Origin: an uncultured Verrucomicrobiae bacterium
GTDB lineage: Bacteria > Verrucomicrobiota > Verrucomicrobiia > Chthoniobacterales > UBA10450
Direction of reading: 5' to 3'
Assembly (NCBI GenBank): GCA_963756875.1
Contig: CAVWPA010000001.1
Span: 608,001 to 672,000 of the forward strand
Length of the DNA: 64,000 bases
Position numbers and translations under genes: made by a program. This document shows positions 1 through 9,406 of this stretch, piece by piece. Positions within the stretch are counted from its first letter, which is position 1, and the number at the start of each line of letters is the position of its first letter. The notes beneath the pieces were generated by a model that saw only the letters and a program-made list of their open reading frames with translations, was not told the DNA's origin and did no database searches.

Positions 1-417
1 ATCAAGGCCAGTCTTAAGGACAATCGCGTTTTACTGGCACGCGAAGCGGAGACCCGCAGCGTGAAAGCGTTGCACGGGCTTTCGCGCGCTCTTGTGCACA
101 ACATGGTACAAGGGGTCAACGAGGGCTTTACCCGCAAGCTTGAGATCGAGGGCGTCGGCTTCAAGGCCGCTGTCCAGGGATCGAACTTGAATCTAAGCCT
201 CGGATTTTCTCATCCGGTGCTGTTCCCAATTCCAAAGGAAATCAAAATCACGGTGGCGGACAACACGAAGATCAACATTGAGGGCATCGACAAGAAATTG
301 GTCGGCCAGGTCGCCGCGGATATTCGCCGTTTTTATCCGCCCGAACCGTACAAGGGGAAGGGCGTTCGCTACGCCGGCGAACAGATCCGGCGCAAGGAAG
401 GCAAGACCGTTCAGTAA
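1..417 (+). CDS. rplF: 50S ribosomal protein L6 (5' end outside window)
   Basis: Open frame from base 1; C-terminal [12 protein letters not shown] motif; first gene of the rplF-rplR-rpsE order. Confidence 0.97.
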   Translation: MKASLKDNRVLLAREAETRSVKALHGLSRALVHNMVQGVNEGFTRKLEIEGVGFKAAVQGSNLNLSLGFSHPVLFPIPKEIKITVADNTKINIEGIDKKLVGQVAADIRRFYPPEPYKGKGVRYAGEQIRRKEGKTVQ

Positions 418-419
418 GT

Positions 420-785
420 ATGGCGACTTTCATTCGTAAAGCCGCGCGCGAGCGCGTCCATCGGCGTATCCGAAAAAAAGTTGAAGGCACAGCCCAACGG
501 CCGCGTCTTTCGATTCATTTTTCCGGGAAACATATTTATGCGCAACTTGTGGATGACGATGCCCGGAAAACCGTGGCTGCTGCGTCGAGCCTGGAGCGTG
601 CGCTTGCCGGTAAAAACAAAGTGGCGGCAAATCGCGCAAACGCAGAGGCGGTGGGAAAGGCCATTGCCGAACGCTCGCTCGCGAAGAAAATCGATACCGT
701 GGTTTTTGATCGCGGCGGTTTTCTTTACCACGGAAATGTGAAGGCGCTCGCAGACGCGGCGCGTGCCGGCGGACTGAAATTTTAG
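420..785 (+). CDS. rplR: 50S ribosomal protein L18
   Basis: [17 protein letters not shown] and [20 protein letters not shown] motifs; operon position. Confidence 0.97.
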   Translation: MATFIRKAARERVHRRIRKKVEGTAQRPRLSIHFSGKHIYAQLVDDDARKTVAAASSLERALAGKNKVAANRANAEAVGKAIAERSLAKKIDTVVFDRGGFLYHGNVKALADAARAGGLKF

Positions 786-788
786 ATC

Positions 789-1340
789 ATGGCTTACCCA
801 ATGTCAGGCAAACGATCGGATTCGCGCAATGTCGACAAGACCCCTGCGGCAAGAGGGGACACGACCGAGAAGGTCGTGTTCATCAATCGCTGCGCCAAGG
901 TAGTGAAAGGCGGCCGGCGCTTTAGCTTTAGCGCGCTGATTGTCGCGGGCGATCACGACGGCAAGGTTGGCGTCGGCTTCGGAAAGGCGAACGAAGTCTC
1001 GGAGGCGATCCGCAAGGCGTCGGAAGCGGCTCGTAAATCGATGGAGAAGGTTTCGCTCCGTGAGAATACGATTCCGCACGAGACAATCGGCGAATACGGC
1101 GGTGGCCGGGTATTGCTGCGGCCTGCTTCGCCCGGCACAGGGGTGATTGCCGGAGGAGGCGTGCGGGCCGTTGTCGAAGCCGCGGGAATACGCGACGTGC
1201 TCGCGAAATCTCTCGGATCCAGCAACCACGCCAACGTGGTAAAGGCGACAATCGCCGCGCTCCGGTCGCTGCGCCGGCGTGATGAAATTTTTAAGGTGCG
1301 CGGAATCAAAATCGACGGAAAGGCTGGGCAGCAGACATGA
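789..1340 (+). CDS. rpsE: 30S ribosomal protein S5
   Basis: [15 protein letters not shown] and [13 protein letters not shown] motifs. Confidence 0.97.
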   Translation: MAYPMSGKRSDSRNVDKTPAARGDTTEKVVFINRCAKVVKGGRRFSFSALIVAGDHDGKVGVGFGKANEVSEAIRKASEAARKSMEKVSLRENTIPHETIGEYGGGRVLLRPASPGTGVIAGGGVRAVVEAAGIRDVLAKSLGSSNHANVVKATIAALRSLRRRDEIFKVRGIKIDGKAGQQT

Positions 1341-1936
1341 TGCGACTGCATAATTTGCGACACCGGCCGGGCGCGAAACATCGCGTCAAACGGCTGGGGT
1401 GCGGCGAGAGTTCCGGACACGGCAAGACCAGCGGCAAAGGCCACAAAGGACAAAAGGCGCGCTCTGGCGGCAGCATTCGACTCGGGTTTGAAGGCGGCCA
1501 GATGCCGCTCATCCGCCGTTTGCCCAAGCGCGGCTTCAATAACGCGGCTTTTCACAAAACTTACGCGATCGTGAACTTGAGCGATCTCAACGAATTCAAG
1601 GCGGGTACGGCAGTGAATGAAGAGCTGCTGCGCAAATCAAGGCTCGTGCGCGGCGATTTCACGGGAATAAAAATTCTCGGTGACGGCGAGCTGAAACACG
1701 CGCTTAAACTCGAAGTGGACAAAATCAGCGCGGCGGCGCGGGAAAAAATCGAGAAGGCTGGCGGCACGATTGCGCTGCGTGAGGCGCGGATAGAGCGGGA
1801 TGCGAACGCGAATACGGAGGCCGATCTGAAGGCGGAAAAGGTGACAGCATCGCCAAAGACAACGGGAAAGAAGGGATCGGCCGCCGCGTCTGGATCGAAA
1901 TCTTCCAAGAAGAAGACTTCCCGGAAGCGTCAGTGA
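1337..1936 (+). CDS. rplO: 50S ribosomal protein L15 with a Lys/Ser-rich C-terminal extension
   Basis: [16 protein letters not shown] and [17 protein letters not shown] motifs. Confidence 0.97.
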   Translation: MMRLHNLRHRPGAKHRVKRLGCGESSGHGKTSGKGHKGQKARSGGSIRLGFEGGQMPLIRRLPKRGFNNAAFHKTYAIVNLSDLNEFKAGTAVNEELLRKSRLVRGDFTGIKILGDGELKHALKLEVDKISAAAREKIEKAGGTIALREARIERDANANTEADLKAEKVTASPKTTGKKGSAAASGSKSSKKKTSRKRQ

Positions 1937-1961
1937 CGGTGCCATGTTTTGATTTGATCCG

Positions 1962-3470
1962 ATGATTTCGGCGTTCTTAAACACGGTCAAAATACCGGAG
2001 TTGCGCCGGCGCATTCTATTTACGCTTGCGATCATCGTGATTGTGCGCCTGGGCGCGGCAATCAGCACGCCAGGCGTAAATCAGGCTGTCCTGCAGGAAT
2101 GGTTTCACAGCGCGTTGAACAACAAAGCCGGCGGAGGCGTTGCTGCGCTGTTCAATCTGTTTAGCGGCGGCGCTCTGGAAAATTGCGCGATCTTTTCGCT
2201 TGGCATCATGCCTTACATCAGCGCGTCGATCATGATGCAGCTGCTGACGGCTGTGATTCCGCATTTGGGGCGGTTATCTCGTGAGGATGGCGGCCGGCAG
2301 AAGATCATGCAGTACACGCGGTTCATGACCGTGGTTCTCTGCGTTTTCCAAGGCTATCTCCTCGCTCTCTCCTTTCAGCATCCGGAATCGTATCACACGA
2401 TGCTACCCGGAATCACCGAGACCATCCGTACTCTTGGGATTCCGCTGGTCGAAGATACTGGTTGGACATTTCGAATTGTAACAGTGATTTCCCTGACTAC
2501 GGGCACGATGTTTTTGATGTGGTTGGGCGACCAAATTACCGAGCGTGGTGTCGGTAACGGCATCTCGTTGATTATCACCATTGGTATCGTGGCCCGGTTG
2601 CCGGCGGCGCTGGCCCAGGCATGGAAAACATTTGTGCCTTCAGCGCAAACGGGTGCCAGCCAGGTGAATCCAATGATCCTGGTGCTGTTGGTGTTAGCCC
2701 TCGTCGTGGTAATCGCGGCCGTGATTGCGGTTACACAGGGACAGCGCAAAATCACGGTTCAGTACGCGAAGCGTGTAGTGGGCCGAAAACAGTACGGCGG
2801 CAATGTGCAGTATATGCCGTTGAAAGTGAATTACCCGGGCGTTATGCCAATCATTTTCGCGTGGGCGCTGTTGCTCTTTCCGAACACCATCGTGAGTATG
2901 GCATTTCGCAATAGTCCGACGGCAAGCCACATTTCGGAGCTGCTTTCAAGGGGCTGGCTGCACTATGTCGTGCTTGCAGGGATGATCTTCTTCTTCAGTT
3001 ACTTTTGGGTCGCGACCCAGTTTCAACCATCGCAGATCGCGGATGATTTGAAGAAATACGGCGGTTACATTCCTGGTGTCCGACCCGGCAAACCGACCGC
3101 GGATTTTCTCGAATATACGATGACGCGACTTACTTTTGCCGGTGCTGTTTTTCTGACCCTGATCGCGGTTCTGCCGAGTCTTCTCAATCAAAGTTTGAAC
3201 GTGCCAATGGTCACCGCGCAGTTTTTCGGCGGCACCAGTTTGCTCATTATCGTCGGCGTAATGCTCGATACGATGCGGCAGGTGGAAACGCACCTGATCC
3301 AGCGACATTACGACGGGTTTTTGCGCAAGGGGCGCATTCGTGCGCGCTTTGAGGCGCGGTCCGCTTACGCCCGGGGCGAGGCGCTCGAGGGCGGCACTCT
3401 GATGTGGCTTTATGTCGGCATCGCCGTACTGGTGATCGGCGGAGTCGCAATCTTTTTGTACGGCCGTTAA
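1962..3470 (+). CDS. secY: Preprotein translocase subunit SecY
   Basis: IFSLGIMPYISASI, GVGNGISLII and GGTSLLIIVGV motifs; multiple TM segments. Confidence 0.98.
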   Translation: MISAFLNTVKIPELRRRILFTLAIIVIVRLGAAISTPGVNQAVLQEWFHSALNNKAGGGVAALFNLFSGGALENCAIFSLGIMPYISASIMMQLLTAVIPHLGRLSREDGGRQKIMQYTRFMTVVLCVFQGYLLALSFQHPESYHTMLPGITETIRTLGIPLVEDTGWTFRIVTVISLTTGTMFLMWLGDQITERGVGNGISLIITIGIVARLPAALAQAWKTFVPSAQTGASQVNPMILVLLVLALVVVIAAVIAVTQGQRKITVQYAKRVVGRKQYGGNVQYMPLKVNYPGVMPIIFAWALLLFPNTIVSMAFRNSPTASHISELLSRGWLHYVVLAGMIFFFSYFWVATQFQPSQIADDLKKYGGYIPGVRPGKPTADFLEYTMTRLTFAGAVFLTLIAVLPSLLNQSLNVPMVTAQFFGGTSLLIIVGVMLDTMRQVETHLIQRHYDGFLRKGRIRARFEARSAYARGEALEGGTLMWLYVGIAVLVIGGVAIFLYGR

Positions 3471-4130
3471 GTGAAAAGGCGACTCGTTCTTTTGGGCGCA
3501 CCCGGCTCGGGGAAGGGAACTCAGGCGGAAATGATTACACGCCAGTTTGGGATTCCCGTGACTTCACCCGGTGCGATTTTAAGGCGTGAGAAAGACCTAG
3601 GCACGCCGCTTGGGGTTGAAACCGCCGAAATCATCCAGCGTGGCGATTTGGTGCCGGACAAAATCATCGTCGAGCTGATTGAAGATTGGCTGCGTCTGCA
3701 CGGAAGCTACGGCTTTGTGTTTGATGGATTTCCCCGAACGCTTCCCCAGGCGGAAAGTTTGGCATCGATTTTGGCCCGATTGCGCACGGCACTCGATCTC
3801 GCGGTTTGGCTTGAGGTTTCAGAAGAAACGGTGCGCAAGCGCATTTCGGGACGCTTGCAATGCAGCAGCTGCGGATTCACGACGAGCACGACCAGCGCAA
3901 AATTCGCGGAGCATCCGGTGTGTCCGTACTGCAACGGGCGGCTGGTGCGCCGAAATGACGATGACCTGAAAGTTTTGCAAACGCGTCTCCATGAATTTGC
4001 GACCAAGACGCAGCCACTCGCCGATTTTTACGGCAAAATGTCGGTCCTGCGCCGGATCGATGGTAATCGCGATCGCGACACCGTTTTTGCTGATATCTCG
4101 CGCCTGATCGAGGACAAGACCGCGGCATGA
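3471..4130 (+). CDS. adk: Adenylate kinase (zinc-lid type)
   Basis: GAPGSGKGTQ P-loop, DGFPRT, CxxC...CxxC lid, RRNDD; follows secY. Confidence 0.93.
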   Translation: MKRRLVLLGAPGSGKGTQAEMITRQFGIPVTSPGAILRREKDLGTPLGVETAEIIQRGDLVPDKIIVELIEDWLRLHGSYGFVFDGFPRTLPQAESLASILARLRTALDLAVWLEVSEETVRKRISGRLQCSSCGFTTSTTSAKFAEHPVCPYCNGRLVRRNDDDLKVLQTRLHEFATKTQPLADFYGKMSVLRRIDGNRDRDTVFADISRLIEDKTAA

Positions 4131-4903
4131 TTCCCATCAAAAGTCCGAAGGAAATCGACAAAATGCGTGAGGCATGCCGAAGCGCGAGCGACATTCTTGA
4201 TCGCGTCAGCGAGTTAATCCGACCGGGTATCACCACCAAAGAAGTGGATGAGGCGGCTGCCGATTTCATGAAGGAAGCGCAGGTCAAGAGTGCGTTTCTC
4301 GGCTATCGACTCGGGCACCGCGTTTTCCCTGGGAACATTTGCATCTCATTGAACGATGAAGTCGTGCACGGAATTGGCAGCGCGCGCCGCATCCAATATG
4401 GAGACGTAGTCAAACTCGACATCGGAGTCATTCGAGATGGCTGGGTCGGGGACAATGCCACCACTGTGGCTGTCGGAGTGGTTGACGGGCGAGTCGAACA
4501 GTTGTTGCGGGTGACAGAGAGCGCGCTGGCGCGGGCGATCCAGGCTGCCCGAGAAGGCCATCGTCTCGGCGATCTTTGTGCGGAAATTGAGGAGGAAGCG
4601 CGCCTTTCCGGTTTCTCCGTGGTGCGCGAATTCGTCGGGCACGGAGTAGGCCGGAAAATGCACGAGGAACCGCAAATTCCAAATTACGGCAAACGCGGCA
4701 CTGGCCCAAAATTGAAGGCCGGTATGACGCTGGCAATCGAGCCCATGATTAACATGGGCGCGTCCGAAGTCCGATTACTCGAGGACGGCTGGACGGTTCG
4801 GACGGCGGACGGGCTGCCCTCCGCGCACTTTGAGCATACTGTTTTGGTTACCAAGGGTGAACCGGAGATTTTAACATGCCGCGCAAAGACGCAATTGAAG
4901 TAG
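4127..4903 (+). CDS. map: Methionine aminopeptidase type I
   Basis: [26 protein letters not shown] and SAHFEHT motifs. Confidence 0.97.
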   Translation: MIPIKSPKEIDKMREACRSASDILDRVSELIRPGITTKEVDEAAADFMKEAQVKSAFLGYRLGHRVFPGNICISLNDEVVHGIGSARRIQYGDVVKLDIGVIRDGWVGDNATTVAVGVVDGRVEQLLRVTESALARAIQAAREGHRLGDLCAEIEEEARLSGFSVVREFVGHGVGRKMHEEPQIPNYGKRGTGPKLKAGMTLAIEPMINMGASEVRLLEDGWTVRTADGLPSAHFEHTVLVTKGEPEILTCRAKTQLK

Positions 4904-5094
4904 AAGGCAAGGTCGTTGAGCTGTTGCCAAACACGATGTTTCGAGTGGAACTGCCCAACGGCCACCGTGTTTTGGCCCATATTTCGGGGAAAATGCGCCT
5001 GCACTTCATTCGGATCTTGCCAGGCGACAAAGTTATGCTAGAGATTTCTCCCTACGATTTGTCGAAAGGGCGGATCACTTTCCGCCAAAGGTGA
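4876..5094 (+). CDS. infA: Translation initiation factor IF-1
   Basis: [32 protein letters not shown]. Confidence 0.97.
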   Translation: MPRKDAIEVEGKVVELLPNTMFRVELPNGHRVLAHISGKMRLHFIRILPGDKVMLEISPYDLSKGRITFRQR

Positions 5095-5140
5095 CAACGC
5101 GGCGGTTTTCTCGTTTTTCGCGGGATCGACAATTCCATTT

Positions 5141-5254
5141 ATGAAAGTACGACCTTCAGTAAAAAGACTTTGTGAGGCTTGCAAGATTGTGAAGCGCAAG
5201 AACGTAGTGCGCGTGATCTGCAAGAACCCGCGGCACAAACAACGCCAGGGGTGA
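5141..5254 (+). CDS. rpmJ: 50S ribosomal protein L36 (not in the ORF track)
   Basis: Manual translation gives [37 protein letters not shown]; lies between infA and rpsM. Confidence 0.96.
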   Translation: MKVRPSVKRLCEACKIVKRKNVVRVICKNPRHKQRQG

Positions 5255-5313
5255 GTTTTGTTTAACGATTTGGCGTTTCCAATTTAGGCCTTTTGTAACT
5301 TTTAACGAATATT

Positions 5314-5709
5314 ATGCCCAGATTACTCGGAGTCGAAATACCCGCCGACAAGCGCATCGAAGCGTCGCTTACCTATATTTATGGAATAGGGTCGGTCACA
5401 TCCAGGCGCATACTCGAGCAAACGAATATCGATCCAAATCTGCGGGCCAAGGACCTGAGCCCTCAGCAAATCAACGAGATTATTCACGCGATCACCGCCG
5501 ACAAAATCAAGGTGGAAGGCGATCTCCGGCGAGATGTCCAGGGCAATTTGAAACGATTACAGGCGATCAACTGCTATCGCGGAATCCGTCATCGGCGCGG
5601 GCTTCCGGTTCGTGGACAGAGGACCTCGACCAATGCTCGCACGCGCAAGGGACCGCGGAAGACCGTCGGCGTGATCCGAAACCCTGAAGCAAAGGCCGGC
5701 AAGGTATAA
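5314..5709 (+). CDS. rpsM: 30S ribosomal protein S13
   Basis: LTYIYGIG and [26 protein letters not shown] motifs. Confidence 0.97.
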   Translation: MPRLLGVEIPADKRIEASLTYIYGIGSVTSRRILEQTNIDPNLRAKDLSPQQINEIIHAITADKIKVEGDLRRDVQGNLKRLQAINCYRGIRHRRGLPVRGQRTSTNARTRKGPRKTVGVIRNPEAKAGKV

Positions 5710-5714
5710 TTCAA

Positions 5715-6365
5715 ATGGCCGAACCAAAGAAACCAACCAAGCCCAAAGCGGAGAAGCCGGCGGCGAAAAAGAAGCCTTCCGACAGCGTGCCGCAAGGCGC
5801 CCAGGCCGCTTCCCAACCGGAAGCAGCGGCCTCTCCTGAGGCTGGCGCACCTGTCGCTGCCTCAAAGGGTGACGTCGTCGCGCCAAAGCCCGCGAAAAAG
5901 GCCGCTAAACCGCACAAGGAAGAAGCGGGAGCAGCAGCCGAGGCGGCTCCGGAGAATCTTTCATTAAGCTCCGGGGATGTCGAAAAGCCGAAAATCGTAA
6001 AGGCGAAGGGAAGCAAGAATGTCCATGCCGGGATCGCGCATGTTCTTTCAACGTTTAACAACACTATCGTTACTATTACCGATCTGAACGGCAATGTGAT
6101 TGGCTGGTCGAGCGCCGGAAAGGTCGGATTCAAAGGGTCGCGGAAAAGCACGGCTTACGCTGCGCAGATGGTCGCTCAGGACGCTTCTCGCCAGGCCATG
6201 GGACACGGGCTGAAGGAAGTCCAGGTGCTGGTTAAAGGGCCCGGCGCGGGCCGGGAATCGGCCGTGCGCGCGTTGCAGGCCATCGGCCTGGATCTGACCG
6301 TCATTCGCGATGTGACGCCGGTCCCGCACAATGGCTGCCGTCCACCAAAGCAGCGTCGCGTATAA
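5715..6365 (+). CDS. rpsK: 30S ribosomal protein S11 with a ~90-aa Ala/Pro/Lys-rich N-terminal extension
   Basis: [25 protein letters not shown] and [14 protein letters not shown] motifs. Confidence 0.96.
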   Translation: MAEPKKPTKPKAEKPAAKKKPSDSVPQGAQAASQPEAAASPEAGAPVAASKGDVVAPKPAKKAAKPHKEEAGAAAEAAPENLSLSSGDVEKPKIVKAKGSKNVHAGIAHVLSTFNNTIVTITDLNGNVIGWSSAGKVGFKGSRKSTAYAAQMVAQDASRQAMGHGLKEVQVLVKGPGAGRESAVRALQAIGLDLTVIRDVTPVPHNGCRPPKQRRV

Positions 6366-6389
6366 CACCTTAACGATTTAACGAAACAA

Positions 6390-7001
6390 ATGGGCAGATA
6401 CACTGGACCGAAAACCAAAGTCAGTCGCCGCTATGGTGTGCAGATTTTTGGGCCTTCAAAATCGCTCGAACGAAAGAACTATCCACCGGGAATGCATGGC
6501 CCGAAGGGCTCGCGGCGCAAACAATCCGATTACGCGATCGCACTCGGCGAAAAACAGAAACTTCGTTATCAATACGGACTGCTGGAGCGTCAGTTCCGTC
6601 GCATTTTCCAGAACGCGTTGCGTAAACGAGGCGTCACGGGCGAGACGTTGTTGCAGCTTTTGGAGACCCGGCTCGACAATGTGGTTTATAGGCTGGGACT
6701 GGCCAACACTCGCAATGGGGCCCGCCAGCTCGTTTCGCACGGCCATGTTCAGGTCAACGGCCGCGGAGTGAACATCGCTTCCTACAATGTGAAGGCCGGC
6801 GACGAAATTGCAGTCAAAGACAAGCCAAAGTCCCGCCAGCTTGCGCTGCGGAATCTGGAACTGACGCAGATCGTGCCGGTGCCTGACTGGCTGAGCGTGG
6901 ATCGCGATGCTCTCAAGGGAAAGGTTGCGCATATTCCATCGCGCGAGGAGATGCAGCCGATCGTCAACGAGCAGCTGATTGTCGAACTCTATTCAAGGTA
7001 G
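6390..7001 (+). CDS. rpsD: 30S ribosomal protein S4
   Basis: MGRYTGPK, LETRLDNVVYRLG and NEQLIVELYSR motifs. Confidence 0.97.
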   Translation: MGRYTGPKTKVSRRYGVQIFGPSKSLERKNYPPGMHGPKGSRRKQSDYAIALGEKQKLRYQYGLLERQFRRIFQNALRKRGVTGETLLQLLETRLDNVVYRLGLANTRNGARQLVSHGHVQVNGRGVNIASYNVKAGDEIAVKDKPKSRQLALRNLELTQIVPVPDWLSVDRDALKGKVAHIPSREEMQPIVNEQLIVELYSR

Positions 7002-7031
7002 TGGCATTGGCATCCTGCCGATGAGGGGTTC

Positions 7032-7277
7032 CTAGAGGGCCGTTCCACTTTCTCTCTCCAAAAATTCGAGCGCCTTCTCGTAACTTTGGCGTTGGAGATA
7101 ATGTGCCAGCCGGGGGTCAACCGGTTTCGGCAACGCGTCCTGCAGCCTGTCGATCTTTTCCGAGACGGCGCGCAATCGTGCGAGATGTCGTTGCTCGTCG
7201 CTGCGGCTGATCTCATCCCGGATGATGGAAATCCGTTCCCTCAGGGCGGCGGCAAGATCGACAATCGCATTTTGCAT
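7032..7277 (-). CDS. Small hypothetical helical protein
   Basis: 81-aa ATG ORF filling the gap between rpsD and a response regulator; protein-like composition (LAHYLQRQSYEKALEFL). Confidence 0.6.
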   Translation of the reverse strand: MQNAIVDLAAALRERISIIRDEISRSDEQRHLARLRAVSEKIDRLQDALPKPVDPRLAHYLQRQSYEKALEFLERESGTAL

Positions 7278-7336
7278 GGGTTGGGCGGGCCTTCGACTAA
7301 ACTAAATCTTGAAACGGCCTGCGATTTAGCGCAAGC

Positions 7337-7777
7337 GTGCAGCGAGTGAGTAACAACGAGCCCAAGCGGATCCTGGTGGTGGACGATGAAGTGGCGCTCC
7401 TGCGCATCGTGCGGGAAGCGCTTATGGCTTGTCTGCGTTGCGACGTGGATACTTCGCCCACGCCAGAGTATGGGTTCGAACTCGCGCTCAAGAAAAGCTA
7501 CGACCTCTTCATTTTCGATTTTTCAATGCCCATGATTGATGGGGCGATGTTATTTTTTTTGATTGGCAAGGTCTACGATAACAACAAGCCGCCGAGAACC
7601 GTTCCGCCGCTCCTGCTGGTTTCCGGGAAAGCGGACGAAGCGCGCGCGCAGGAGTTGCTCAAAGAACCGCGGGTGGCAGGGCTCATAGCCAAGCCATTTG
7701 CGATGAACCGCCTCCTGGACAAAATCAGGGAATGCGTGCCGGGTATCGAGCCGGTCTCGCAACGCAAAACTCGCTAG
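7337..7777 (+). CDS. Single-domain response regulator (CheY-like)
   Basis: RILVVDDE, IFDFSMPMIDG and AKPF receiver motifs; start may be the GTG at 7346. Confidence 0.88.
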   Translation: MQRVSNNEPKRILVVDDEVALLRIVREALMACLRCDVDTSPTPEYGFELALKKSYDLFIFDFSMPMIDGAMLFFLIGKVYDNNKPPRTVPPLLLVSGKADEARAQELLKEPRVAGLIAKPFAMNRLLDKIRECVPGIEPVSQRKTR

Positions 7778-8100
7778 CGCGGTCCGGTTTCCGAAAGCAG
7801 CTGCTTTTTGGCTTCCAGCCAATCGGAACTGGCGTCGCCGGGAAGACCAAATCGCCTGCGTCTCTCAGATATGAAATAGGCCCGAATACGGATTTCTTCG
7901 TCGCTCGGCTCCGGCATGGCGGCACCCTTTCGCCCGGCTTTTCCCCCTGGGCGGCCGCTGATTTTTTTCGACGGAGATTTCTTCACAACCCTGCCTCCGG
8001 GCGGTTTTGGGCCCGATTTTGCCTTGGTCCTCTTCGGCTCCGGCGACTCCGCGTTCGCGTCGTTACTCGTTTCAGTTTTGGTTTTCTTTGGCACAGGCAC
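7774..8100 (-). CDS. DUF2934-like protein with Lys-rich N-terminus
   Basis: C-terminal EEIRIRAYFISERR...DWLEA motif typical of DUF2934. Confidence 0.75.
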   Translation of the reverse strand: MPVPKKTKTETSNDANAESPEPKRTKAKSGPKPPGGRVVKKSPSKKISGRPGGKAGRKGAAMPEPSDEEIRIRAYFISERRRRFGLPGDASSDWLEAKKQLLSETGPR

Positions 8101-8208
8101 AGATCTGGTTCCTCTTTCGAATTTATCGCATTAGCGCTGGTCGGCCGATTCGCAAGTGGTTTCTAGACTGAGCTTGGCGAATGCGCGAAGTTCCAATAAC
8201 ATTTCCTC

Positions 8209-8628
8209 ATGCGGCATTTTGTTTTTCGCTGGTTGGTGACGTCGGTGGCGGTTTTTGTCGCGGCGCCCATCGTCGGCATTGAGTACACGACGTTTTGGTG
8301 TGTGCTGGCTGCGGCGCTCCTACTGGGGATCATCAACGCTTTCATTCGTCCAATTCTTCTTCTTTTGAGTTTCCCGCTGATTCTTGTGACGCTGGGGCTG
8401 TTTATTTTGATCATCAATGCGCTCATGTTGAAATTTGTCAGCGAGATCGTGCCTTGTTTCGTTATTCGCGGCTTTTGGAGTGCTGTCTTCGGCGCGTTGA
8501 TTATTTCCATAGTGAGCTGGCTGCTGAGCGCATTTTTCCGGGGAAGCGATGGGCGGGTTCATGTGCTTACGCATCACACCCAGATCAAGCGAGTGCGCGG
8601 TCGCATCGTCGAACCCGGCGAAAGATGA
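8209..8628 (+). CDS. 4-TM 'phage holin family' (YvlD-like) membrane protein
   Basis: NAFIRPILLLLSFPL..TLGLFILIINALML pattern; four hydrophobic segments. Confidence 0.82.
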   Translation: MRHFVFRWLVTSVAVFVAAPIVGIEYTTFWCVLAAALLLGIINAFIRPILLLLSFPLILVTLGLFILIINALMLKFVSEIVPCFVIRGFWSAVFGALIISIVSWLLSAFFRGSDGRVHVLTHHTQIKRVRGRIVEPGER

Positions 8629-8634
8629 TTCCGC

Positions 8635-9288
8635 ATGGTCGCCGGTGAACAAGGCAACCGGGTCTGGATTAAAATTTGCGGAATTACAAACGCAGCGGAC
8701 GCGCAATATGCCATCGATTGCGGCGCGGACGCGCTGGGCTTTAATTTTTATCCGGGAAGCAAACGGTACCTCGATTTGGGAGTTGCCGGAGATTGGATCA
8801 ATGAGTTGCCGCGAGCGATTTGCAAGGTCGCGATACTGGTTAATCCGACCCTGGAGGAAGCGGTTCGTATCAGTGAGTTGCCCTTTATCGACATATTACA
8901 ATTGCATGGCCATGAATCGTCCGACTTCTGTCGAAGCCTGGTTGAAAGAGGAGTTCGATTTGCAAAGGCTTTGCCGGTTGCCAACGCGACCTCGCTTCTC
9001 GATCTACCGCCATTTTTTACGAAGATGCTGGTTTTGGACGCTGCCGCGGAAAGCGGGTTTGGAGGAGGCGGGCGGATTTTCCCATGGCAATTGGCCCGCG
9101 CATTCGTCGAAACGCATCCCGCTTTTCGAGTGATTTTGGCCGGTGGTTTGACTCCGGAAAATGTTGCCCCGGCGATCAGTGAAGTTCGCCCCGCAGGGGT
9201 GGACGTTACCAGTGGCGTAGAATCGTCGCCCGGGCGGAAAGATCGTTACCGCTTGCGTGCCTTCATTCAAGCCGCGCGAAAGACGTAG
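8635..9288 (+). CDS. trpF: Phosphoribosylanthranilate isomerase
   Basis: IKICGIT, GADALGFNF, LQLHGHE, ILAGGLTPENV and GVDVTSGVE motifs. Confidence 0.94.
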   Translation: MVAGEQGNRVWIKICGITNAADAQYAIDCGADALGFNFYPGSKRYLDLGVAGDWINELPRAICKVAILVNPTLEEAVRISELPFIDILQLHGHESSDFCRSLVERGVRFAKALPVANATSLLDLPPFFTKMLVLDAAAESGFGGGGRIFPWQLARAFVETHPAFRVILAGGLTPENVAPAISEVRPAGVDVTSGVESSPGRKDRYRLRAFIQAARKT

Positions 9289-9406
9289 CGGACAGGACCT
9301 CTTAATTCGGCGGTTCGGTCGGGGCGCTTTGACCTTGAAAGTCTTAAAAGGCTGGTCTGCTTCCTGCTTTAAGCGAACCCGCACTATCTCAATTCCGGTA
9401 ATAATT

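Noticed and set aside
8209..8628. Holin as evidence of a prophage
   Set aside because: This 4-TM family is commonly chromosomal, and no endolysin, capsid or integrase genes are nearby.
9257..9406. Upstream ORF extensions on the secretin, and likewise on mqnA (13025), the GT-like gene (15561), Nif3 (30912) and bactofilin (55881)
   Set aside because: They overlap neighbouring genes or promoters; family homology begins at the downstream starts used above.
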